NCBI GenBank assembly: GCA_044869265.1
Contig: JBIOXD010000005.1
Location: 4,684-68,683, forward strand
Length of the DNA: 64,000 bases
Origin: Gemmatimonadales bacterium
Lineage (GTDB): Bacteria > Gemmatimonadota > Gemmatimonadetes > Gemmatimonadales > GWC2-71-9
Direction of reading: 5' to 3'
The notes under the pieces are model-generated. The model saw only the letters and a list, made by a program, of their open reading frames with translations, did no database searches and was not told the DNA's origin. This document shows, piece after piece, positions 46,644 through 54,288 of this stretch (position 1 is its first letter; each line of letters opens with the position of its first letter). Made by a program: the position numbers and the translations under genes.

Positions 46644-47359
46644 GCTCACTTGAAATCGTCGAAGCGGGACTCGTCCCGTACGGGGAAGCTCTGGAGTGGC
46701 AACGCCGGCTCGCCGACGATCGGATTGGCGGACGACTCTCACATGATGTGTTGCTGTTGGTGGAGCACCCTCCCGTCGTAACCCTTGGGCGCAACTCGAA
46801 GGCCGCACATCTCCTGCGCCCCGCTGGGATCGATGTGTTCGAGGTTGAACGAGGCGGGGACGTGACGTTTCATGGGCCCGGCCAGCTCGTCGGATATCCC
46901 ATCCTTGACTTGAATGGCTACAAGCGGGACCTGCACTGGTACCTGCGCACGCTAGAGCAAGCGTTGATCGACGGACTTGGCCTGCTCGGGCTTCCCGCGG
47001 AACGCAATCCCGGATACACCGGCGTGTGGACGCGCGGGAAGAAGATTGCGAGCATTGGCATTCACGTGAAGCAGTGGGTGACATGGCACGGGTTCGCGCT
47101 CAACGTCAGCACCGATCTCGAGGATTTCGACCGAATCGTTCCCTGCGGCATTCAGGGTGTGGTGATGACATCCGTGGAACGGGAGACGTGCAACGGGCAA
47201 CGTGCAACGGGAGACGAGAAACGGGAAACGGTGTGGCGGGAGAGTGTCGCGGCGGTCATTCGAGGATTTCAAAGCGCCTTTGCCGTGAATCCCATTCCGA
47301 AGAATGGACCCCGTGAGTCACTGCGCTTAAGCGCAGCGTCGGATCGGGCCCACGCTTAA
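46640..47359 (+). CDS. lipB: Octanoyltransferase LipB, with an in-frame heptamer-array insertion near the C-terminus
   Basis: Start MSSLEIVEAG. VLLLVEHPPVVTLGR, RGGDVTFHGPGQLVGYPI, GIHVKQWVTWHGFALN. Confidence 0.9.
   Translation: MSSLEIVEAGLVPYGEALEWQRRLADDRIGGRLSHDVLLLVEHPPVVTLGRNSKAAHLLRPAGIDVFEVERGGDVTFHGPGQLVGYPILDLNGYKRDLHWYLRTLEQALIDGLGLLGLPAERNPGYTGVWTRGKKIASIGIHVKQWVTWHGFALNVSTDLEDFDRIVPCGIQGVVMTSVERETCNGQRATGDEKRETVWRESVAAVIRGFQSAFAVNPIPKNGPRESLRLSAASDRAHA
47174..47229. repeat. Eight direct tandem heptamers (GNGNAAC type) inside lipB
   Basis: gtggaac gggagac gtgcaac gggcaac gtgcaac gggagac gagaaac gggaaac. I found no inverted arm. Confidence 0.8.
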
Positions 47360-47366
47360 GCGTGGG
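47291..47366. repeat. Three consecutive short palindromes, two of them CTTAAG-centred
   Basis: ccattc-cgaa-gaatgg (47291-306), ctgcgc-ttaa-gcgcag (47321-36), cccacgc-ttaa-gcgtggg (47349-66). Confidence 0.75.
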
Positions 47367-47985
47367 TAATCCAAGGGTTCCCCCGGGCCAAGTCGTCACC
47401 ACCAAATGGCCGGTGCTCCACTACGGCGACGTCCCCACTGTCGACACGTCGAAATGGACGTTCACGGTGTCGGGGCTGGTCGAGCGCCCCTTCTCGCTCT
47501 CGTACGACGAATTCCTCGCGCTGCCGCAGGAGACCGTCCAGTGCGACATCCACTGCGTCACAACGTGGAGCCGGCTCGACAATGCGTTTGAGGGGGTTCC
47601 CGTGCGGGTACTGCTCGAACGGGCGGGCGTGAAGCCGGCCGCGGGGTACTGCCTGGTCGTCGCCGAGCAGGGGTTCACGACGAATCTACCGTTGTCCGAC
47701 CTGAATCGACCCGAGAATCTCGTTGCGCTGAAGTGGGCGGGAGAGTGGCTGACACCGGAGCACGGCTGGCCGGCGCGGCTCCTCGTGCCACATCTGTACT
47801 TCTGGAAGAGCGCGAAGTGGGTGCGCGGGTTCGAGCTACTGGATGAGGACCTGCCTGGCTTCTGGGAGCAGAACGGTTATCACATGCGCGGTGATCCGTG
47901 GAAAGAAGAACGGTACGGCGGCCGTGGGCTCACTCAGCACGAGATCAACAAGTTTCGCAACGCGAGTAAGCGGATCGCGAAGTAG
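47362..47985 (+). CDS. Sulfite-oxidase-like molybdopterin oxidoreductase domain protein
   Basis: FTVSGLVERPFSLSYDEFLALP...CDIHCVTTWS...GWPARLLVPHLYFWKSAKWV. GTG start inside the last palindrome. Confidence 0.85.
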   Translation: MGNPRVPPGQVVTTKWPVLHYGDVPTVDTSKWTFTVSGLVERPFSLSYDEFLALPQETVQCDIHCVTTWSRLDNAFEGVPVRVLLERAGVKPAAGYCLVVAEQGFTTNLPLSDLNRPENLVALKWAGEWLTPEHGWPARLLVPHLYFWKSAKWVRGFELLDEDLPGFWEQNGYHMRGDPWKEERYGGRGLTQHEINKFRNASKRIAK

Positions 47986-47986
47986 G

Positions 47987-49321
47987 TCAATGAGCGTCGT
48001 TCCCCAGTAGGTCGTAGAACTTGCTGAACACGTCGATGCCGTCCCACAGCTGTTTCAGTTCGAGTTTTTCATTCGGAGCATGCAACCGATCGTCGGGTAA
48101 CCCGATGCCGGTGAGAATCACCGGCGCGCCCGCGGAGGCGAGAGCAGGAACCACTGGAATCGAGCCGCCCGCGCGCGCAGGCACGGTCCCCCGGCCGAGC
48201 ACCGACTTGAACGCTTCGTCGAGCTTCTGGAACGACGCGTCATTCAGCTTGATCTCCGCGGGATCGGCGCCGTGCAGAAACCGCACAGTCGCGGTCACAT
48301 ACTTCGGCGCGAAGCGTTTGACCGCGGCGGCGAGCTGCCGCTCCACCGCCTTGAGCTTCTGATTGGGCACGAGGCGCATACTGACCTTCGCGGTCGCTTC
48401 AGCGGGGATGACGGTTTTTGCCCCTTCGCCCGTGAATCCTCCCAGAATGCCGTGAATCTCGAAGGTCGGGAGCGCCCACAGGCGTTCGAGCACGGAGTAC
48501 CTCTTCAGCCCCACCAGCCCTTTCCCCTGGACACGCTTCTCGAGGAAGTCCTTTTCCTTGAAGGGCAGCTTCTTCCACGCCGCGAGCTCGGCTTTCGACG
48601 GTCGCTTCACGGCGCCGTAGAAGCCCGGAATGTTGATCTGCCCGTCGTCGCTCTTGAGCCGCGTCAGGAGGCGGCACAGCTCTTCGTGCGCGTTCGGCGC
48701 CGCACCGCCGTACTCGCCGGAATGCAGATCGGTCTTCGAGGTGCGAACCGTGATTTCGGCATAACATAAGCCGCGCAGCGTCGTGTAGACCGCGGGCCAT
48801 CCCGGTGCCACATACGACATGTCCGCAACCAGCACTGCGTCGGCGGCCACGCGCTGCGGCTCGCGTTTCAGCAGATCGAACAGCACCTTGGAGCCGAATT
48901 CTTCTTCCCCTTCGATGAGAAAGCGAAAGTTCACGGCCGGCTTTCCGCGCGCGTCGATGGCCTTCAGGAGGCAGAAGACTTGTCCCTTATCATCGGCGGC
49001 ACCGCGCGCATAGAGCCGTCCATCGCGCACGGTCGGCTCGAACGGCGGCGTCGTCCACTCGCCGAGCGGATCGGGCGGTTGCACATCGTAATGGCCGTAG
49101 AGCAACAGCGTAGGCGCGCCGGGGACCTCAGGGCCTTCACCCCACACCACGGGGTGTGTTTCGCTGCCGAGGAAGTCGACATTGCGGCAGGCAAGTCGAC
49201 GTAATTCCGCCGCCACCCAGTCGGCAGCACGGCGGCAATCCTGATTGTGCACGGGGAGCGTCGAGACTGACGGAATGCGAAGAAACTCGCTCAGCTCGCG
49301 CAGCAAACGATCTCGATCCAT
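47987..49321 (-). CDS. M20 family dipeptidase
   Basis: Start moved to MDRDRLLRELSEFLRIPSVS. LLLYGHYDVQP, GRGAADDKGQ, EGEEE. Confidence 0.9.
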   Translation of the reverse strand: MDRDRLLRELSEFLRIPSVSTLPVHNQDCRRAADWVAAELRRLACRNVDFLGSETHPVVWGEGPEVPGAPTLLLYGHYDVQPPDPLGEWTTPPFEPTVRDGRLYARGAADDKGQVFCLLKAIDARGKPAVNFRFLIEGEEEFGSKVLFDLLKREPQRVAADAVLVADMSYVAPGWPAVYTTLRGLCYAEITVRTSKTDLHSGEYGGAAPNAHEELCRLLTRLKSDDGQINIPGFYGAVKRPSKAELAAWKKLPFKEKDFLEKRVQGKGLVGLKRYSVLERLWALPTFEIHGILGGFTGEGAKTVIPAEATAKVSMRLVPNQKLKAVERQLAAAVKRFAPKYVTATVRFLHGADPAEIKLNDASFQKLDEAFKSVLGRGTVPARAGGSIPVVPALASAGAPVILTGIGLPDDRLHAPNEKLELKQLWDGIDVFSKFYDLLGNDAH

Positions 49322-49391
49322 CGCGGCAGAAATGTAGAGATCGAAGTCGCGGCTAGCCAGCGACAGGGCCCCGGGTAGATTTGAGCTTCGC

Positions 49392-50519
49392 ATGCGCACC
49401 ACCGCATCCTACGACCTCTTTCCCGACGCCCGCAGCGAACGCGCGCTGGCGCGTGCTCGCTGGCTGGCGCGCGAAGGAAGATTGAAGGATGCGCAGACCG
49501 CCTACGACGACCTGCTGGCAGCGAAACCGGAACTGAAGGCGTGCTGGGCTGAATACTTCGAGCTGCTGCGCATAGGGGGGTTGAGGGAAGAAGCGCTCGA
49601 GCTCGCGAATCGCGCGCGGGCCGTGTTCGGCGAGACGGGGTTCTCGTACACCTTGCGTGGTGCGGCGCTGACCGAGTTGGAGCGCTATCCCGAGGCGTTG
49701 GCGGAACTTGAGCGCGCCGTCGAAGTCGATCCAGACTTGGCGCTCGTCTGGCACGAGCTGGGCTACGCCGCCTACAAGATTGGCGACCGCAATCGAGCGC
49801 TGTTGGCGCTGGACCGGGCGTTTGCCCTCGAGCCCCACACCGACACGCTGCGGCTGCGCGGGCAGGTGCTGCGTGAGGCGGGACGCTATCAGGCCGCGGA
49901 AGTGGCATTCGAAGGGGCGGCGCAGGCAGCCGACCACCCGGAGCAGCGCCTGGACGCTGAACGGCAGATCTTGGCGACGCGCCGGTACGCTTCATACGCC
50001 CCACGACGGCCCGAAGACCTCACGGCGGCCGAGCGCTGGTTCGCGGATACGGGGACTGTCGTCCTCGCTTCCACACCGGGCCCGGTGGCACCGAGCGATG
50101 AGACGCTCGCTGCGACGTTCGCCGAAGTCGCCGCCAATGCGGGCTGGCACTTCGGTCAGGTCATATTGCTCGGTCCGGAATTCCCCGCGTGCAACGATCT
50201 CGTCGATCGCATGGGCGCCCCGCTCGTCACGCCTTCGGCATTCGATCCAACCGTCTGCCCGTTGATCGTCGCAATTCGGCCGATGTTGGCCGACAAGACG
50301 TGGACCGGCATCGTCGGGCGCCTTGCCGATCAGTCGGCGGGACTGGTGCTCGCGATGGAGCACCCCGCCGAGGAGTGGGCGGGAACGACGGTCGACGTGG
50401 CCGGTGTCCTGACCGATGCCGGCAAACGGCGGGAGCGCGCGCCCAATCCCACCCAGGCGCTCAACGACGCAACAAATCCGAGCTCGCGATTGGCTGGGCG
50501 TCGCTTACGTCCGCTCTGA
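49392..50519 (+). CDS. TPR repeat protein with a C-terminal domain of unknown function
   Basis: Several TPR-like A..Y...L...P periodicities in the N-terminal 200 aa. Confidence 0.8.
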   Translation: MRTTASYDLFPDARSERALARARWLAREGRLKDAQTAYDDLLAAKPELKACWAEYFELLRIGGLREEALELANRARAVFGETGFSYTLRGAALTELERYPEALAELERAVEVDPDLALVWHELGYAAYKIGDRNRALLALDRAFALEPHTDTLRLRGQVLREAGRYQAAEVAFEGAAQAADHPEQRLDAERQILATRRYASYAPRRPEDLTAAERWFADTGTVVLASTPGPVAPSDETLAATFAEVAANAGWHFGQVILLGPEFPACNDLVDRMGAPLVTPSAFDPTVCPLIVAIRPMLADKTWTGIVGRLADQSAGLVLAMEHPAEEWAGTTVDVAGVLTDAGKRRERAPNPTQALNDATNPSSRLAGRRLRPL

Positions 50520-50521
50520 TT

Positions 50522-50596
50522 CCACACCCTAAAGGGTGCGCTCGGCAAGCATTGTCCTTAAGGACAGTGTCTGCCGAGCACAGGCTTTAGCCTGTC
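50522..50596. repeat. Modular palindromic intergenic element, copy 1
   Basis: cacaccc-taaa-gggtg; the gctcggca...tgccgagc outer stem enclosing ttgtcc-ttaa-ggacag; then acaggc-ttta-gcctgt. Confidence 0.8.
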
Positions 50597-50614
50597 CATT
50601 TCGTCAACGAGACC

Positions 50615-51892
50615 ATGACATCAGGCGAACCATCGCAACGCCCCAGCCGGGCGCCCATGTCGGGCCGGGCAATCGTCCAGAACCAGTTCGAACGGGCGGC
50701 CGATCTCATCAACCTCGAAGCGTACATGCGGAAGATCCTCATGTCGCCATTCCGCGAGGTTCAGGTCGAGGTACCCGTGCGCATGGACGATGGCCGCATC
50801 GAGGTGTTCACCGGCTACCGCATCCAGCACAACGGGGCGCGGGGGCCCTGCAAGGGCGGCATCCGCTACCATCCAGAGGCCGATCACGACGAGGTGCTCG
50901 GCCTCGCGGCCATCATGACGTGGAAGACCGCCCTGATGGACATCCCGTTCGGCGGCGCCAAAGGCGGCGTCACGGTGGATCCCAAGAAACTCTCCAAGCT
51001 CGAGTTGGAGCGCCTCACCCGGCGCTTCACGCAGCGCATCGCGATCGTCCTGGGTCCCTACCGCGACATCCCCGCCCCGGACGTCAATACGAATGCGCAG
51101 GTGATGGCGTGGATTCTCGATGAATACTCCAGCCGGCAGGGCTACAGCCCCGCTGTCGTCACCGGCAAGCCCGTCGCCCTGGGAGGCTCCCTGGGGCGCG
51201 AGGAAGCGACCGGCCGGGGTGTCATGTACGTGATGCAGGAGTACTCGCGCGACTTCGGCGTCAGCCTCAAGGGCGGCCGCGTCGTCATTCAAGGATTCGG
51301 GAATGTGGGCAGCCATCTCGCCCGGCTGCTCGACAGCGAGGCGGGCGCGAAAGTCGTCGCGGTGAGCGACGTATCAGGCGGCATTTACAACGACACCGGG
51401 CTCGACATCCCGGGGCTGTTGGCACACTCCGCTCAGGGCAAGCCGGTATCGGAGTGGTCAGGCGGAAAGCGCATCACCAACGACGAGCTCTGGACGATCC
51501 CGTGCGAATGGCTCGTGCCGGCGGCGCTCGGCGGCGTCATCACCAAGGAAGCCAACGCCACAACGGTCGACTGCAAGGTCGTGGTCGAGGGCGCCAATGA
51601 GCCCACGACACCGACCGCCGATCGGATTCTCGAACAGCGCGGCATTGCGGTGATCCCCGACTTTCTCGCCAACGCCGGCGGCGTCACGGTCAGCTACTAT
51701 GAGTGGGCCCAGAATCTTCAGCAGTATCGATGGACTCACGAGCAAGTCAATCGGGAGCTCAAGGCCACCATCACGAAGGCCTACGCATCGGTGCGGGATC
51801 TGGCGCGCGAGAAGAAAGTGACGTTTCGAACCGCAGCCTACGGTATCGCTCTCCAGCGCGTCGCGGATGCTGAGCGACTGCGTGGAAACTAG
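50615..51892 (+). CDS. gdh: Glu/Leu/Phe/Val dehydrogenase (glutamate dehydrogenase)
   Basis: GPCKGGIRYHP, the catalytic region PFGGAKGG, and the NAD(P) fold IQGFGNVG. Confidence 0.95.
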   Translation: MTSGEPSQRPSRAPMSGRAIVQNQFERAADLINLEAYMRKILMSPFREVQVEVPVRMDDGRIEVFTGYRIQHNGARGPCKGGIRYHPEADHDEVLGLAAIMTWKTALMDIPFGGAKGGVTVDPKKLSKLELERLTRRFTQRIAIVLGPYRDIPAPDVNTNAQVMAWILDEYSSRQGYSPAVVTGKPVALGGSLGREEATGRGVMYVMQEYSRDFGVSLKGGRVVIQGFGNVGSHLARLLDSEAGAKVVAVSDVSGGIYNDTGLDIPGLLAHSAQGKPVSEWSGGKRITNDELWTIPCEWLVPAALGGVITKEANATTVDCKVVVEGANEPTTPTADRILEQRGIAVIPDFLANAGGVTVSYYEWAQNLQQYRWTHEQVNRELKATITKAYASVRDLAREKKVTFRTAAYGIALQRVADAERLRGN

Positions 51893-51897
51893 GCCGG

Positions 51898-52078
51898 TCA
51901 AAAAACGAAGGCGGCGGTCGGGCGGTCGATGCTAGCTCCAGCGCTAACGGCGGCTCTTCGGGCTTGGGAAGTCAACCCGTACAAGTTCATCACGCGGGCA
52001 TGTCCTGGTGACCTTGTACACGGCGATGGTAAGGTCATCGCATGCTTTCCACGCATGCAGTCTCTCGTAGGGCATCAT
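51898..52078 (-). pseudogene. Frameshifted, 3'-truncated four-helix-bundle (23S rRNA IVS-type) protein gene
   Basis: Hand translation gives MMPYERLHAWKACDDLTIAVYKVTRTCPRDE, then a one-base shift to LYGLTSQARRAAVSAGASI. It then runs into the GACCGCC repeat and stops. This matches the N-terminal half of the family (..W..A..L...IY..T..FP..E.YGLTSQ.RRAAVS...NIAEG). Local GC is visibly lower. Confidence 0.7.
51910..51927. repeat. GACCGCC-type repeat, inverted copy (left arm)
   Basis: ggcggcggtcgggcggtc is the reverse complement of gaccgcccgaccgccgcc. Confidence 0.8.
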
Positions 52079-52137
52079 GAGACGAACCTGTCGAATTGTA
52101 GACTACGGACGGCACCCTATTTATGCTGGCAGAATCA

Positions 52138-52223
52138 TTTGACCGCCGCATGGGCAGTTGACCCGTCCGACCGCCGCCGTTGCATTTGACCGCCCGACCG
52201 CCGCAGTCGCAGTTTGACCGCCC
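52138..52223. repeat. GACCGCC-type repeat array (right arm)
   Basis: tttgaccgccgca..ttgacccgtccgaccgccgcc..tttgaccgcccgaccgccgcag..tttgaccgccc. Confidence 0.8.
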
Positions 52224-53338
52224 TATTCATTCATTCCCGCACGTGAGTACAGCGCTCGGTAGGGATCGCGATCCGGTTGGGTAAAGACGCGAATCTGTAT
52301 TGCTCTCACAGTCTCGGCGATATCCGTGTTGTTCTGCAGGTAAATCTCATCGAACAGATTCAAATCCATCCGGTACAGCCGCTCCGCGACGACGACGGCG
52401 TTGTTGAGCGGTGCCTGGGCGAACCAGCGCCAATCGTACGTCTCCAGCGACTGCCCTACGGCCCCACGAAACTGTTCGCGCGCCCAGCCAAACAAGATCT
52501 CGCGCACTTGCTCGAGGCGGTGTGCCGTGAGGGGTTCGCTGTAGGCGGAATCGAGTCGCCGGGCGAGCTCCGCATAGAACACATCGAGCGTGCGCTCGTC
52601 GCGCCACCGAGCCGCCGCCCGGCGGGCATCAACCGTGTCGCTCCGCGAGCGAAAGAAGGCCTCCGCACCGCGGTACCCGACAAAGCTCGCAAAGCTTTCG
52701 TTGAAGGGCGTCTGGCTTTTCACGTAGAGGGTGTTGTGGGCCAGCTCGTGGATCACCGTCGCAACGAGCTCCATGGTGTCGCGGCTCATCGCGGTCGAGA
52801 ACAAGGGATCGCTGAGATAGCCGAGCGTCGAGAAGGCGCCGGATGTGCGCAGAAACACATCCAGCCCCTGTTGCTCGAGGCCGCGCGCTTCGCGGCGCGC
52901 GTACGAGGCCTTGAAGAATCCTTTGTACGGGACGACGCCGACGATCGGGTACCGCCACGTGACCTCGCGCAATCGCTCGCGCCGGCTGGCCGAGAGCACC
53001 AGCAGCAAGGTGTCCCGGCCCACATCGACATAGCTCGTATAGGTCTTTCCCACCGCGAGACCGAGCGAGTCGCCGGCAAAGGTGCGGGCGGCCTGCACCA
53101 GCCGGAGGCGCTGGCGCAGCGGCGCCGGGGTCGCCGAATCGGCGATGAGCTTTTCGATCGACCGCCTTCGCAACAGCAACCGAGCCTCTTCGATGCCCGC
53201 GCGCGCGATGTACCGCGCGTCGGCGCTGATCAGCAGGAGGAAAGCGATCGCGCCAAAGGCCGCGCCGGCCGCGATCGCGGCGACCCGCTTGAGCAGACGT
53301 CCCCAGCGAGGCCGGGCGCGCTCGACTAGGGCGTCCAC
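52223..53338 (-). CDS. Predicted zinc aminopeptidase (COG4324/DUF2265-like, HExxH)
   Basis: VIHELAHNTLYV...FNESFASFVG. There is no ATG near the TM anchor; the GTG at 53338 (VDALVERARPRW...) is my preferred start. Confidence 0.75.
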   Translation of the reverse strand: MDALVERARPRWGRLLKRVAAIAAGAAFGAIAFLLLISADARYIARAGIEEARLLLRRRSIEKLIADSATPAPLRQRLRLVQAARTFAGDSLGLAVGKTYTSYVDVGRDTLLLVLSASRRERLREVTWRYPIVGVVPYKGFFKASYARREARGLEQQGLDVFLRTSGAFSTLGYLSDPLFSTAMSRDTMELVATVIHELAHNTLYVKSQTPFNESFASFVGYRGAEAFFRSRSDTVDARRAAARWRDERTLDVFYAELARRLDSAYSEPLTAHRLEQVREILFGWAREQFRGAVGQSLETYDWRWFAQAPLNNAVVVAERLYRMDLNLFDEIYLQNNTDIAETVRAIQIRVFTQPDRDPYRALYSRAGMNE

Positions 53339-54288
53339 CGCAGCCCCACCCGGTGCGTCCCCCCCATCAGGTCGTAGGACCGGAATGCGTAATCCATCGC
53401 GAGCCGGCCGAGCACTACTCCGCCGCCGAATGTCCAGGGAGACGCGTCCGTGATCGCCGGACGCGTGGAGAAACCGACTCGCCCCACGATACCCACGCCG
53501 CTCGCCACCACACCGGCTTCGAGCCCCTGGATGAGGACCGCACTCTGATCCCTCGTCCACTGCCCTTCGAGCGTCGTGAGGAGACGATACGTGCCCTGTG
53601 GATCCGTATAGTTGAGGGTCAAACCCGCGCGCGTGCGGCGCGGCAACAACGCGCCCGCTCCCAGATCGCCGCCGAGATTCTGGACGCTCACACCAAAGGC
53701 CATGATATCGAACACAGCGACCGCCACGCCGATATCGCCGGCCCAGGCATCGCTCATTTCGGCCCCGATCTGCTGGCGGTTGTACTTGCCCGTCACGCCC
53801 AGCGCAGCGAATCCGCGGCGGTACACGAGAGAAGTGACCGCGAGCGCCTCGTAGGGGTGGAACGACGCGCCGGTGGGCATTCCGCGCCGACCGCCGGTCG
53901 CAGGGTCCGGCACGATCTCAGCCTCGGTCCCGTAATCGAGCGCCTGCGCCCCGACGCCCCAAGTGAAGCGCGAGACCCGCAGCGCCATCGCCGCGGTGGA
54001 AATAGCCGTTCCTTCGAGATACGGCTCGTACGAACCCTCGAGACCGAGGTGGCGAATCGTCGCGATGCCCGCGGGATTGGCGAACAGAGCACCGGCGTCA
54101 CCGACGAGAGCAGCGCCCGCGCCGCCCATCGCCGCGGCCCGCGTCGAGCCGGAGAGTGCGGTGAGGATCGACCCTTCGCTCTGCGCGGGCACAGTGGCCC
54201 CCGGCCACGCAATCAGGAGTAGCACCGTGATAGTCGTGACCGCCCGACCGCCGCAGGTGCCTTTTGACCGCGTGACCGCCGATTTCAT
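53326..54288 (-). CDS. PorV/PorQ-like outer-membrane beta-barrel protein
   Basis: Signal peptide, then STRAAAMGGAGAALVGDAGALFANPAGIA and alternating beta-strand pattern to the C-terminal RVGLRWTP. ATGA overlap with the upstream gene. Confidence 0.7.
   Translation of the reverse strand: MKSAVTRSKGTCGGRAVTTITVLLLIAWPGATVPAQSEGSILTALSGSTRAAAMGGAGAALVGDAGALFANPAGIATIRHLGLEGSYEPYLEGTAISTAAMALRVSRFTWGVGAQALDYGTEAEIVPDPATGGRRGMPTGASFHPYEALAVTSLVYRRGFAALGVTGKYNRQQIGAEMSDAWAGDIGVAVAVFDIMAFGVSVQNLGGDLGAGALLPRRTRAGLTLNYTDPQGTYRLLTTLEGQWTRDQSAVLIQGLEAGVVASGVGIVGRVGFSTRPAITDASPWTFGGGVVLGRLAMDYAFRSYDLMGGTHRVGLRWTP
54236..54281. repeat. GACCGCC-type repeat, direct copy inside the 5' end of the PorV-like CDS
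   Basis: gtgaccgcccgaccgccgcaggtgccttttgaccgcgtgaccgccg. It shares the 19-mer gaccgcccgaccgccgcag with 52188-52206. Confidence 0.8.

Noticed and set aside
51929-52189. 86-aa plus-strand ORF in the gdh-aminopeptidase spacer
   Set aside because: It has no motif and an odd composition. The opposite strand carries a recognisable, though frameshifted, four-helix-bundle gene remnant that explains the region better.
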